Source of the DNA: a bacterium BMS3Abin01
GTDB taxonomy: Bacteria; Actinomycetota; Thermoleophilia; BMS3ABIN01
Length of the DNA: 64,000 bases
Direction: 5' to 3'
NCBI GenBank assembly: GCA_002897715.1
Contig: BDUA01000040.1
Span: 1,142 to 65,141 of the forward strand
Below, one piece after another: positions 53,306 to 62,802 of this stretch. The notes beneath the pieces are model-generated. The model was not told where the DNA came from. It was given only the letters and a program-made list of their open reading frames with translations, and did not search any database. Each line of letters starts with the position of its first letter. The first letter of the stretch is position 1. A program made the position numbers and the translations under genes.

Positions 53306-55427
53306 CGCCCTCTTTTACATCATTGAAATCCTCAAGCAACACACCGCACTCATACCCTTCCTCAACTTCACGGGTGTCCTCCTTGAAACGTTTCAGTGAG
53401 GCCAGCTTGCCCTCGTACACGATGGCGCCCTGGCGCACTACCCGCACCTGGGCGTTGCGCGTCACCTTGCCGCGGGTAACGTAGCAGCCGGCGATGTTGC
53501 CCAGCTTGGACGCCTTGAACAGCTGCCGCACTTCGGCCTCGCCCAGCTCCTGTTCCACAAAGGTCGGTTCCAGCATACCGAGGAGCGCCGCCTGGACGTC
53601 CTCTGTCACCTTGTAGATGACGCTGTAGGTGCGTACATCCACCCCCTCGATATCAGCGATGGTCTTGGCGGCGGTGTTGGGCCGGACATTGAACCCGATG
53701 ATAATAGCCCGGGAGGCGGCGGCCAGCGTCACATCCGATTCGTTGATGGCGCCGACGCCGGTATGGATTATGTTGACCTTGACCTCTTTATGCTTGATCT
53801 GTTTGAGCGCCTCTTCCAGAGCCTCCACCGAGCCGGCCACGTCGGCCTTGATGATCAGGTTGAGGTCCTTGACCTTGCCCTCCTTGATACGGGCGAAGAC
53901 ATCGTCCAGGGTGAAGGCGTGCCTCTTGGCCAGGATCTCGGCCTTGGCCCGGTCGGCCCGGCGCTGGGCCAGCACCCGCGCGCGCCGCTCGTCCTCGACC
54001 ACCCGGCAGTATTCGCCGGCCTGGGGAATGGAACCGAAGCCGAGTATCTCCACGGGAACGGAGGGTCCGGCATCCTTGATCGTCTTGCCGCGGAAATCCC
54101 TCATGGCCTTGATCTTGCCTGACGCCTCACCGGCGACGATGGCGTCGCCCACGTGCATGGTGCCCCGGTCGATGAGTATGGTAGCCACTACGCCCCGGCC
54201 CGGGTCCACCTTGGACTCGATGACGACGCCGCTGGCCATGGTGTCGGGGTTGGCCTTGAGTTCCTGGACATCGGCTACCAGGAGTATAGTCTCCAGCAGA
54301 TCATCCAGGCCGATCTGTTTCTTGGCGCTCACGTCGGTGAAGATAGTGTCACCGCCCCATTCCTCGGGCACCAGCTCCTTCTCGGAAAGCTCCTGGCGTA
54401 CACGCTCCGGATTGGCCTCCGGCTTGTCTATCTTGTTTACCGCGACCACGACCGGCACGTCCGCCGCCTTGCAGTGGTCGATGGCCTCCAGGGTCTGCGG
54501 CATGACACCGTCATCGGCCGCCACCACCAGGATCGCCATGTCGGTGACCTTGGCGCCCCGGGCCCGCATGGCGGTGAAAGCTTCGTGGCCGGGGGTATCG
54601 AGGAAGGAGATCCTTCTGCCGTTGTGCTCGACCTGGTAGGCGCCGATATGCTGGGTGATACCGCCGGCCTCGGTGGCGGTCACCTCCGTCTCGCGGATGG
54701 CGTCCAGCAGCGATGTCTTGCCATGGTCCACATGGCCCATGATGGTGACTACCGGCGCCCGCGACTGCAGGTCCTCGGGCTTGTCGACCACCTTGTGCTC
54801 CTCTTCCTGCTCCAGGTGGACGATCTCGATCTTGCGGTCCAAATCGTCGCCGATGGTGGAGATAGCCTCATCGCTCAGCGACTGGGTGATGGTGGCCATC
54901 TCACCGTAGCCCATCAGGCGCTTGATGATATCGGAGGTGGAGACTCCCAGAGCCGCCGCCAGTTCCTTGACCGTCGCCCCGGAATTGACCTTGGCCGGTT
55001 CACCGGGAACAGCCCGCGTCTCCTCTTTCTCCTCATGTTCCACGACCGCCGTCGATTCCTTTCTGCCACCCTTGTGCTTGACGCGATGGGAACGGCCGGA
55101 CGGAACAAAACTCCGCCTCTTGGCTGTGGAAGAATCGATGATGACCCGGCGCCGTTTGCCGTGAGACTTGGCCTTGCTGGGCGCCTTACGCTGTTTCTTC
55201 TGGGTCGTGCCGGCCTTCTCCGACGCGGCCTTATCCGGCGCGGGGCTCTTCTTTGCCGCCGAAGGCTTTTCAGCAGACGCTGCGGCGAAAACCTTGCCCG
55301 CTTCCTTCTCATCAACGCCGGACAGGACACTTTTGACCTGAATCCCCGCAGCCTGGAGTTTCGCCAGCGCCTCGGCGCTGGAGATATTGTTCTCCTTGGC
55401 TATTTCATGAACCCTTTTTCTAGCCAT
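53262..55427 (-). CDS. infB: translation initiation factor IF-2
   Basis: [21 protein letters not shown]1 motif, then DTPGHEAF and NKID. Lys/Ala/Pro-rich N-terminal region. Confidence 0.95.
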   Translation of the reverse strand: MARKRVHEIAKENNISSAEALAKLQAAGIQVKSVLSGVDEKEAGKVFAAASAEKPSAAKKSPAPDKAASEKAGTTQKKQRKAPSKAKSHGKRRRVIIDSSTAKRRSFVPSGRSHRVKHKGGRKESTAVVEHEEKEETRAVPGEPAKVNSGATVKELAAALGVSTSDIIKRLMGYGEMATITQSLSDEAISTIGDDLDRKIEIVHLEQEEEHKVVDKPEDLQSRAPVVTIMGHVDHGKTSLLDAIRETEVTATEAGGITQHIGAYQVEHNGRRISFLDTPGHEAFTAMRARGAKVTDMAILVVAADDGVMPQTLEAIDHCKAADVPVVVAVNKIDKPEANPERVRQELSEKELVPEEWGGDTIFTDVSAKKQIGLDDLLETILLVADVQELKANPDTMASGVVIESKVDPGRGVVATILIDRGTMHVGDAIVAGEASGKIKAMRDFRGKTIKDAGPSVPVEILGFGSIPQAGEYCRVVEDERRARVLAQRRADRAKAEILAKRHAFTLDDVFARIKEGKVKDLNLIIKADVAGSVEALEEALKQIKHKEVKVNIIHTGVGAINESDVTLAAASRAIIIGFNVRPNTAAKTIADIEGVDVRTYSVIYKVTEDVQAALLGMLEPTFVEQELGEAEVRQLFKASKLGNIAGCYVTRGKVTRNAQVRVVRQGAIVYEGKLASLKRFKEDTREVEEGYECGVLLEDFNDVKEGDVLEFYETKEVKPG

Positions 55428-55429
55428 AG

Positions 55430-55717
55430 CTAATCACCTGCAAGTTTAAGTAAGCGGATAAAATCTTCCCTGGGAAGCGTAAGCCCGGAAGCCGCCCCCA
55501 GCCTTCGTTGTAACACTTTCTTTCCGGCAGCCTTGTCAAAACAGGACCTGCTCAGGCATACATAGACTCCCCGTCCCGCCGCCGTTCCATCTTTGTCCAG
55601 GGCTATTGTCTTATTGCCCTTGTCTCCCCGCACAGTAAACCTGACAAGAGCGTTTTTCGCAAACCGGCGTCCGCAGCCGACGCACATCCGCTGCGGGACA
55701 TGCCCCTGCCGGACCAA
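55430..55717 (-). CDS. ylxR: YlxR/DUF448 RNA-binding protein
   Basis: RMCVGC.......L.RF.........D......GRG.Y.C motif, sitting between nusA and infB. Confidence 0.8.
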   Translation of the reverse strand: MVRQGHVPQRMCVGCGRRFAKNALVRFTVRGDKGNKTIALDKDGTAAGRGVYVCLSRSCFDKAAGKKVLQRRLGAASGLTLPREDFIRLLKLAGD

Positions 55718-55719
55718 GG

Positions 55720-57147
55720 TTAACTACCAGGGCTGGCCGCTGACGAGGCATCCGCCTCGTCAGTCTCCGGCACGGATGGTTCCTCTGCCACTGCTTCCTC
55801 CGTTGCCGGTTCGCCCTCTTCGACTGCGGCTGTTCCCGCTTCCGCCTCGTCCTGTTCGGTCTGGGCCTGGTGGGCGGGAATACCGCAGTACTTGCTATCC
55901 GATAAAGCGGCGTTGGGACAGCGCTTGCCGCTCTTGGTCAGGGCGCAACAGCGTCCCGCCAGCTCCTCGACTTCCTCATCGGAGAAGGCGACCGCCTCGT
56001 CCTCTTCCGCCATCTGGCTCTCGCTCCTGATGTCGATGCGCCAGCCGGTCAGCTTGTTGGCCAGACGGGCGTTCTGCCCTTCTTTGCCGATGGCAAGCGA
56101 CAGCTGGTCGTCAGGAACCACCACCGTGGCGGACTGCTCCTCGTCGTCGACCAGGACTTCACGTACGATGGCCGGGCTCAGGGCCTTGGCCACGAAACGG
56201 GCCGGCTCATCATTATAAGGGATAATATCAATCTTCTCGCCCCGGAGTTCGCCCACTACCATGCGAACCCTGGAGCCGCGCGGACCGACGCAGGCGCCGA
56301 CGGGGTCGATACCGTCCTCCTTGGACTCCACGGCGATCTTGGAGCGGTAGCCGGGTTCGCGGGCGATGTTCCTGATAACGACCAGGCCATCGGAAACCTC
56401 CGGCACCTCCAGCTCGAAAAGTTTGCGGATGAGTTCGTCGCTGCGGCGGGAGACGATAACCTGCGGGCCCTTGGTATGCTCACGCACATCGGTGATAACC
56501 GCCTTGATGCGGGAACCGTGTTCATAACGCTCATGATCCACCTGCTCGCTCCCCGGCAACAAGGCCTCGACCTTGCCCAGGTCCACCAGCGTATAGCGCT
56601 GGTCGCTCTGCTGAACCAGGCCGGTGACGATCTCGCCGATACGGTCCTGGTACTCCTCGTACATCATGTACCGTTCGGCTTCGCGTATCCTCTGGAAGAT
56701 GACCTGCTTGGCCGTCTGGGCGGCAATGCGTCCGAAGTCCTCCGGAGTATCGATCTTGATTTTCTCTATCTCGCTCTCGTCATACAAGGAGAGATCGAAT
56801 TCCTCTTCCTCCTCTGCCGCATCGCCGCTTTCCGCCGGGGCGGCTTCTCCCTCAGCAGCTTCCGCGGTATCATCTTCCCCGGCCTGCTCCAGGCTCTCGC
56901 CCGTGCGGTAATCGACGCCCGCAGCCTCCGCCGCGACCACTGCGGCCGGGCGCTCGGGAAGTATCAGTTCATAGATATTGATCTCACCATCTTCCGGATC
57001 GATCTCCACCTTGGCGTATTCGACCGCGTCGGGGGTTTTCTTGTAGGCGGACAACAGAGCATCTTCGAGAGCAGTCAGCAGGACGTCGAAGTCTATCCCT
57101 TTTTCATCTTCCAGAAGCCTTAGCGCTTCAACTATCTCCTTGCTCAC
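55720..57147 (-). CDS. nusA: transcription termination/antitermination factor NusA, with an acidic insertion and a C-terminal Cys3-His tail
   Basis: NTD ([18 protein letters not shown]), S1 (GEIVTG.V), KH1/KH2 ([13 protein letters not shown]; [19 protein letters not shown]). Extra segments are described in the findings. Confidence 0.95.
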   Translation of the reverse strand: MSKEIVEALRLLEDEKGIDFDVLLTALEDALLSAYKKTPDAVEYAKVEIDPEDGEINIYELILPERPAAVVAAEAAGVDYRTGESLEQAGEDDTAEAAEGEAAPAESGDAAEEEEEFDLSLYDESEIEKIKIDTPEDFGRIAAQTAKQVIFQRIREAERYMMYEEYQDRIGEIVTGLVQQSDQRYTLVDLGKVEALLPGSEQVDHERYEHGSRIKAVITDVREHTKGPQVIVSRRSDELIRKLFELEVPEVSDGLVVIRNIAREPGYRSKIAVESKEDGIDPVGACVGPRGSRVRMVVGELRGEKIDIIPYNDEPARFVAKALSPAIVREVLVDDEEQSATVVVPDDQLSLAIGKEGQNARLANKLTGWRIDIRSESQMAEEDEAVAFSDEEVEELAGRCCALTKSGKRCPNAALSDSKYCGIPAHQAQTEQDEAEAGTAAVEEGEPATEEAVAEEPSVPETDEADASSAASPGS

Positions 57148-57234
57148 TTTTGAACTCCTTTATATTGTCGCACCACCTTGCCGCTGCCGACACTGTTTCC
57201 GGTCTCCTGCTCAGCCGCACCAACTCCATCAAGC

Positions 57235-57720
57235 CTATTCGGCCTTGCCGAAATCGAATACCGTCCTCGCCCGTGCCACATCGTCCAGCGGTATGGTCAC
57301 TTCCCGGTCGTCCAGCTTGAGCACCAGTTCATCATTTGATACCGAGACTAAAAAACCGGTGAAGTTCCGTTGTCCTTCAACCGGTCCGTAAGTCTTTACG
57401 TTTATCTTTTCTCCGGCCACATCCCGGAAATGCTCCGGCTTGCGCAGCCTTTTTTCCACACCCGGTGAAGAAACTTCGACAGTGTGGTCCTGCGAATACT
57501 CTCTTAACAGTTCATTGGCGCGGGCACATAACTCATGGTCCACACCCTGCGGATGATCGATGAAGACCCTGATAAAACGGTTCCCCCTGCCACCTGAGAT
57601 ATCCAGGTCCACAAGTTCCACTTCCGGCAGATTCTCCGCCAGTTTCAGCTCGATTTCTGCAAATGTATCCGCATTCTTCAACGTCCCCCAGCAAAATAAA
57701 AGTGGGCTCAACAGACCCAC
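57235..57720 (-). CDS. rimP: ribosome maturation factor RimP
   Basis: ...L.VFID...GV..D.C........L.........Y.LEVSSPG..R.L pattern (TVEVSSPGVEKRL), located upstream of nusA. Confidence 0.85.
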   Translation of the reverse strand: MGLLSPLLFCWGTLKNADTFAEIELKLAENLPEVELVDLDISGGRGNRFIRVFIDHPQGVDHELCARANELLREYSQDHTVEVSSPGVEKRLRKPEHFRDVAGEKINVKTYGPVEGQRNFTGFLVSVSNDELVLKLDDREVTIPLDDVARARTVFDFGKAE

Positions 57721-57968
57721 TCCGAATCACTACCCGCAGTTTAGGAGATTATAACACACGCCTAAAAGTCCCCGCAAGCAACGGCAGCGGCGCTCAAACA
57801 GTTAAATAATACTAAAAACCCCTGAAAAACAGGGTATTTTCCTGCCTGGCGCCGGCGCGGACATGCCCGGAGCCCATGTGTCCCGCTGTTAATGTAAACC
57901 TTCATCCTGAAAAGGTAAACAATGTAACGGACGAGGGCTGGGGCCGAACTTGATATGGTGAGGGCAAC

Positions 57969-58000
57969 TGGAAACGGCCGCTACCGACGGCGGCCGTTCC
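57969..58000 (-). terminator. hairpin AACGGCCGC(8 nt)GCGGCCGTT downstream of the 58058-59554 gene
   Basis: 9-bp GC-rich stem about 60 nt after the stop, followed on the minus strand by TTTCCAGTTG. Confidence 0.45.
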
Positions 58001-58057
58001 GGGCGCACGATCCCTAACGGGCGGTACCCGCTCACCGTGCCAATGATTACACTCTCA

Positions 58058-59554
58058 TTACATGGAAGGGGGGTCTCCCGGAAACCACAGTTCGTTACCC
58101 TCCTCGTCCCTGCAGCTGGCATATATATCCGTGCGGAAACGGCTTACTTCCGGGGGAACATGATACTTTACAGGAAAGCGACCGGTCTGCCCTTGGTTTA
58201 ACCGCGCCGCCGGCGCCGGCAGGTCACCGGCCAGGGTGACCGAAGCCGGCCTTACCACTACCTGCCGCATAGCCACGTCCAGACCTGCTCCTTCGCCGCG
58301 GTTGGCGATCCGGTACAACACCAACAGTTCCCTGGCGGCGTAATCTGCATAACTGTCCCAGAGTACCGGGCCCACGGAAAGGGTAAGGTCCGGCTGCGCC
58401 GACCCGCCGTCCGGGGGCGAAAGCGCGGCCGCATACACATCCCAGTCCCCGTTGCGGTTGTCCTGCCATACCACGATGTCACCATCGATGGCCGGATTCA
58501 CCTGATCTCCCGGCGCGCCGCACAGCAAACGTTCCTCTCCCGTATCCAGGTTCATGACGTACAGGTCCCACTCTCCAACCCAACGGCCCGCCTCATCGAA
58601 ATGTCCATCCCGGTTATCCTGATAGACCAGGATATTGTCAGCCAGCACCGGATTCACCTGGTCGCCGGGTTCCCGGACCACCGGCAGACCGGCTGTGTCC
58701 GGCTCCGCCTGGAAGATATCCCATGTCTCTCCCGGTTCGTTCAGCCGCTGCTGATAAAGGACCCGCCCGTTATCGATGCTGGGTTCACCGCGCTGGTAAA
58801 GGCTCTCCCCGCTGGTGGAGGCACCGCCTCCGACCTGTGAGAGGTATGACCAGCTGTCATCGCTGACATCGTAGGAGACCAGCAACGGCTCAAAGTAACT
58901 GGTACCGTACCCGCGCATCCTGACCCAGACGGCCTGAGTTCCGTCGATGTCAGGGTCAAAGCGCATGCCCGGCCGGGAGTAGCTGTCTATCTTCTTGCTG
59001 CGGCCGGTCTGGAAATTTATGCGGCTGATAGTGCTGCCGCCGTCCTCCCCGGTTACCGCTGTTTCGCCGGAGAGAGCCAGTTCCGCTGCCGGCGTCGATA
59101 CCACGCAGTCTTCCGCGCCATCGGCAAGCGAGCGCCGGCAGACCCGGGAATCCGCGTCCTGCCAGGCGATGAAGCCACCATCGATATCGGGTCCGGCAGA
59201 TACGCCGGGCCCGTAGACAGAGCTTTCAGCGCCTCCGAAAACATCCTTCATCACTACCCAGCCGTCAGCCGACCGGCCGGTGTCATTGAAGACGACTCTG
59301 CTGCCGCTGACTGCAGGAGACACCTGATCCCCCGGAGAGACGGCTACAGGCATCTCCACTATCTCCCAGGGAGCATCGCCACTGGCGCCTGCTTCGCCGC
59401 CATAATAACAATACAGGATTGCCACCATGCCTATGACGGCCAGCATCGGCCAAGGCCTCGTCCAGCCGCCGGTCTTCCCCCTCCTGGAAACGGTCCTGGC
59501 TCCGGCTTTATCTCCACCGGCCAGCCGTCTTCGCATCCTACTCCACTTCCACAT
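58058..59554 (-). CDS. membrane-anchored repeat protein, probably a 6-7-bladed beta-propeller plus a C-terminal Ig/CARDB-like domain
   Basis: Basic N-terminus plus a TM helix (WPMLAVIGMVAILYCYY). Repeats have the form PGDQV(S/N)P.(I/L).G..(V/I)V(F/W/Y)QD.R.G.WD(V/L)Y, for example GDQVNPAIDGDIVVWQDNRNGDWDVY and GDQVNPVLADNILVYQDNRDG. AGGAG RBS. Confidence 0.5.
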   Translation of the reverse strand: MWKWSRMRRRLAGGDKAGARTVSRRGKTGGWTRPWPMLAVIGMVAILYCYYGGEAGASGDAPWEIVEMPVAVSPGDQVSPAVSGSRVVFNDTGRSADGWVVMKDVFGGAESSVYGPGVSAGPDIDGGFIAWQDADSRVCRRSLADGAEDCVVSTPAAELALSGETAVTGEDGGSTISRINFQTGRSKKIDSYSRPGMRFDPDIDGTQAVWVRMRGYGTSYFEPLLVSYDVSDDSWSYLSQVGGGASTSGESLYQRGEPSIDNGRVLYQQRLNEPGETWDIFQAEPDTAGLPVVREPGDQVNPVLADNILVYQDNRDGHFDEAGRWVGEWDLYVMNLDTGEERLLCGAPGDQVNPAIDGDIVVWQDNRNGDWDVYAAALSPPDGGSAQPDLTLSVGPVLWDSYADYAARELLVLYRIANRGEGAGLDVAMRQVVVRPASVTLAGDLPAPAARLNQGQTGRFPVKYHVPPEVSRFRTDIYASCRDEEGNELWFPGDPPSM

Positions 59555-59829
59555 CTCTCCTCACTTTCTCCGCCAGAGAATTCCACTTCCACATCAACAG
59601 CAACCGCTTATATGCACACCAAATCATTGAAATACAAGAGCCGGTAGAAAACGCCTATATCATTGATACCTCCTTTCCTGGACGCCTCCATAAACATAAC
59701 AGCGTTTACTTTAAAATTAATCGTGCTTTGGTAGTAATCTGATATTCGAAAAGTAGTATTTTTTATCCACCCCCATGTTTGACACAGCCGTTTTACGGCA
59801 ATGCATTACCTGAAAGCCAAGGAGATACT

Positions 59830-60414
59830 ATGGATCTGGCAGGCAAGAAGGTAGCGGTACTGGCGGCTCCGGGATTCGAGGACTCGGAACTGAGCGAACC
59901 GGTGAACGCCCTGGGCTACGCCGGCGCCGAGGTCGTTCTGGTGGCTCTTGCCGAGGACGACAAACAGGGCATCAGGGGTAAACGGGGCACGGTGGTGACG
60001 GCTGATGCGACTATCGACGAGGTCGATGCCGGAGATTTCGACGCCGTCGTCATCCCCGGGGGCAAGAGCCCCGCGCATCTGCGCCGCGACCAGCGGATAC
60101 TCGACCTGGTGAATGCCGTCCTGGAATCAGGCAAGCCGGTCGCCGCCATCTGCCACGGGCCCCAGGTGCTCGCCGCCGCGGGCGCCCTCAAAGGAAGGAC
60201 AGCCACCAGCTACCGCTCGGTCAGAAAAGAAGTGGAAGCAGCCGGCGCCCGTTTCCTCGATGAGCCGGTAGTGGTGGACGGCAATCTCATCACCTCCCGC
60301 AAGCCGGATGACATCCCCCGCTTCGTCAATGCCCTCATCGCCGCCCTCCGGGAACAGGGGAATGACGGCGGTACCAACGAACCTGTTCAGGGGAAGATCC
60401 ATCAACAGGGGTAA
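59830..60414 (+). CDS. DJ-1/PfpI-family protein (class I glutamine amidotransferase-like)
   Basis: KKVAVL...GFEDSEL, D.DAVVIPGG, and the nucleophile elbow AAICHGPQVLA. The ATG at 59830 has AAGGAGA 6 nt upstream. The track TTG at 59779 coincides with a TTGACA -35-like hexamer. Confidence 0.85.
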   Translation: MDLAGKKVAVLAAPGFEDSELSEPVNALGYAGAEVVLVALAEDDKQGIRGKRGTVVTADATIDEVDAGDFDAVVIPGGKSPAHLRRDQRILDLVNAVLESGKPVAAICHGPQVLAAAGALKGRTATSYRSVRKEVEAAGARFLDEPVVVDGNLITSRKPDDIPRFVNALIAALREQGNDGGTNEPVQGKIHQQG

Positions 60415-60440
60415 GAGATCCCGCGCACAGGAGGACCGGC

Positions 60441-60980
60441 GTGAACGGACACCTAGAAGATAGCAGCCGCCAGCAGCAACGCTGGATGAGCTGGGTATAC
60501 GGCGGCATCCTCCTGGGACTTCTCAATACCTTCGCCGTCGCCACCTACGGCGCCCTGGGCGTAAGCCGAAACTATGCGGTGGTCGACGGCTGGCTGTCCG
60601 GGCTGTTGGGACTGGATTTCGCTTCGACCAATTCCTATATGAGCGGTATACCGTCCGCCATCGACTGGCTGTTCATGGTTAACGTCGGAATGGTCATCGG
60701 CGGATTCCTGGCAACCGTGATTAAAGGAAAACTGAACGTCCGCTCCGTGCCCCGCCTCTGGGTCAGCCGCTTCGGTGACAGCAAGCCCAAGCGCTTCGCC
60801 GCCGCCTTCGCCGGCGGTTTCCTGCTCCTTTTCGGTGCCAGGCTGGCGGGTGGATGCACCAGCGGACTGGTGTTGAGCGGCATCGCCCAGTTGGCGCTGG
60901 CCGGTTTCGTCTTTGCCGTGGCCATCATGGCTTCGGGGATCGTCACCGCCAGGCTCCTTTACCGGAGGCAGTCATCATGA
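60441..60980 (+). CDS. YeeE/YedE-family sulfur-compound transport protein (half-size, first of a pair)
   Basis: About 4 TM helices with RLAGGCTSG. GTG start with AGGAGG 7 nt upstream. Confidence 0.75.
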   Translation: MNGHLEDSSRQQQRWMSWVYGGILLGLLNTFAVATYGALGVSRNYAVVDGWLSGLLGLDFASTNSYMSGIPSAIDWLFMVNVGMVIGGFLATVIKGKLNVRSVPRLWVSRFGDSKPKRFAAAFAGGFLLLFGARLAGGCTSGLVLSGIAQLALAGFVFAVAIMASGIVTARLLYRRQSS

Positions 60981-61612
60981 CCGCGCCGCTGGCCATAGCC
61001 GCGCAGGCCGGCATCGTCGGCGGCACCGACGCGCGTGCTATCATCATCGGCCTGCTCACCGGCATCGCCTTCGGCGCCATCCTGCAGCGCACCGGCGCCT
61101 CCAGCTACCACATGATCGTCAACATGCTGCGTCTGAAAGACCTTACCATCATGAAGCTGCTGTTCCTGGGTATCGCCGTCGGTTCCGTCGGCATGTACGT
61201 GGTGAACGCTGTGGACACCGCCCATATTGGCATCGCTCCGGTGTACCTGCTGGGTATCGCCGTCGGCGGCCTGGTATTCGGCGTCGGCTGGGCGCTGGCA
61301 GGATACTGCCCCGGCACGGCGCTGGTGGCCATGTCCGAGGGCAAGGCAGACGCCGCCATAACCGTGCTGGGAGGGCTGGCCGGAGCCGCCACCCTGGCGG
61401 TAAGCTGGGATTATCTCAAGCCGGTGCTGGTGGATCCCTTGAACTACGGCGGCAAGAGCCTTTACGATGCCCTGGGGGTCAATCCCCTGCTGGTAGCGCT
61501 GGTACTGGCGGCCGCATTGATCGCCTTCGTCATCTACCTGGACCGTATCGACAGCAGACCCGGGCGCCAGGCCGGCAAGCGCCTGGATCCCACGGCGCGC
61601 CCGGAGCTCTGA
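60977..61612 (+). CDS. YeeE/YedE-family (DUF395-type) membrane protein, second of the pair
   Basis: The ATG at 60977 overlaps the previous stop (ATGA). GWALAGYCPGTALV motif. The track start at 60854 is an out-of-context extension. Confidence 0.75.
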   Translation: MTAPLAIAAQAGIVGGTDARAIIIGLLTGIAFGAILQRTGASSYHMIVNMLRLKDLTIMKLLFLGIAVGSVGMYVVNAVDTAHIGIAPVYLLGIAVGGLVFGVGWALAGYCPGTALVAMSEGKADAAITVLGGLAGAATLAVSWDYLKPVLVDPLNYGGKSLYDALGVNPLLVALVLAAALIAFVIYLDRIDSRPGRQAGKRLDPTARPEL

Positions 61613-61620
61613 GGGGACGG

Positions 61621-62277
61621 CTACTGACGGTCCAACAGTTCCGCCGCGTCCGTGTCGCACCCGCTCCGTTCACCCAGCACCACCGCCAGCTCCCAGTGCC
61701 GCCGCGCCGCTTCGGCCTCGTCCAGTATGTCCCAGGCACAGCCCATGTGCCGGTGAGCCCAGGGATCATCGGGGCGCAACTGCAGATATCGTGACAGGGA
61801 CTTGATAGCCTCTGCAGGCATGCCCAGGTTCAACAGGGCGCAACCCATGCCGTGCAGCCCGTCCACATGTCCGTAGATATGGTAAACCGCAGCCCACTCC
61901 GTAAGCGCCTGCCAGTGGTCGCCGGCAGTGGACACACCTACCGCCCGCTCGTAAGCCTCGGCCACGAACGAGGGATTCCCCTCCTCGACAAAGTACCTGT
62001 ACGCCGCGGCGACTACGTCCGCTACCGGGGCCCCGGCCAACCTAAACTGAGGGACGGTGACCCGGAAATCACACTCCTGGAGAAGATCCAGGTCCATGCC
62101 GCCATCATCCAGATCCTCGATGCAGTAACCTATCACACCCCCGCCGGCCTGCACCATCCAGGAGAAACCTGACCGTACCGGTTCGATCATCCCCCCGGCG
62201 GTGCTGAAATCATCCACCAGCACCAGCAGGTCCCCCTCTTCAAGATCAATATATCTGGCTAACCTTTTCTCTTTCAC
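61621..62277 (-). CDS. hypothetical protein with a TPR-like C-terminus
   Basis: C-terminal ...GMPAEAIKSLSRYLQLRPDDPWAHRHMGCAWDILDEAEAARRHWELA. The track start at 62442 would place a strong GC hairpin (62406-62432) inside the codons. The GTG at 62277 preceded by GGAAGGATGGTGG is preferred. Confidence 0.45.
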   Translation of the reverse strand: MKEKRLARYIDLEEGDLLVLVDDFSTAGGMIEPVRSGFSWMVQAGGGVIGYCIEDLDDGGMDLDLLQECDFRVTVPQFRLAGAPVADVVAAAYRYFVEEGNPSFVAEAYERAVGVSTAGDHWQALTEWAAVYHIYGHVDGLHGMGCALLNLGMPAEAIKSLSRYLQLRPDDPWAHRHMGCAWDILDEAEAARRHWELAVVLGERSGCDTDAAELLDRQ

Positions 62278-62405
62278 TTCGCCACCATCCTTCCCGGCAT
62301 TCCCGTCTGAGCAGGAAAAGCATGATATCAGAGACCTCGGACGGAAAAACCCGATAGCAGATGAGCCTGCAAATCCGGGGGAGGCAGGCAACTGGAAGAA
62401 AGAAG

Positions 62406-62432
62406 GGCGCGGCGTCCAAAGGGCGCCGCGCC
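62406..62432 (-). terminator. GC-rich hairpin GGCGCGGCG(9 nt)CGCCGCGCC with a pyrimidine tail CUUCUUUCUUCC on the minus strand
   Basis: 9-bp stem. It lies downstream (minus sense) of the structured element at 62511-62617 and upstream of the GTG at 62277, so it could be the terminator of an sRNA or the attenuator of a leader. Confidence 0.45.
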
Positions 62433-62510
62433 TCAACTCCACAACCTACTGGCTATCACCTAGAGATAACTCAGATCTGGGCGACCTGTTCCCCTGGAAA
62501 GCCGTTGTAC

Positions 62511-62617
62511 ACAAGGGGGCGTGCGGTACCTGATGTGCACGGTAGGATCGTGCCCCGAATAAATTCGGGTAGTGGGCACACACAAAAGGTACCGGCGCCC
62601 CTTGCATTAGTATGCTA
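62511..62617. ncRNA. candidate structured RNA (nested helices; class and strand unresolved)
   Basis: Nested complementary segments: CAAGGGG...CCCCTTG (outer), GGTACC...GGTACC, GTGCC...GGCAC enclosing CCGAAT-AA-ATTCGG, and CACG-7nt-CGTG. All are Watson-Crick, so the strand cannot be inferred from wobble pairs. Confidence 0.3.
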
Positions 62618-62703
62618 GTACTATGTGTTATGCATTCCATCGTACTAAAGTATGATATTTTTTCCATAAAAGTTGTATTTTTACCTTTTTTAGCAAGAAT
62701 CTG

Positions 62704-62715
62704 GCGAATATTCGC
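62704..62715. promoter_or_regulatory. perfect 12-bp palindrome GCGAATATTCGC in an AT-rich divergent promoter region
   Basis: Self-complementary and centred about 93 bp upstream of the 62803 ATG, inside the most AT-rich stretch of the window (about 62620-62800). Confidence 0.3.
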
Positions 62716-62802
62716 ATTTTTTCCATCAAGGCATTCCCACCAAACTGCCGAAATAGACCTAAGAAAGTTTAATACCAATGCATCTGGAGCATTATCTTCA
62801 TC

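Noticed and set aside
57815-57845. Small hairpin CCCTG-AAAAA-CAGGG with flanking T/A runs as a terminator upstream of rimP
   Set aside because: The stem is only 5 bp. The GC-rich hairpin at 57969-58000 is a much better terminator for the upstream gene.
62511-62617. TPP riboswitch, because of an ACCTGATG-like string
   Set aside because: The obligatory CUGAGA element and the pyrophosphate-sensor helix arrangement are absent. It is kept as an unclassified structured-RNA candidate instead.
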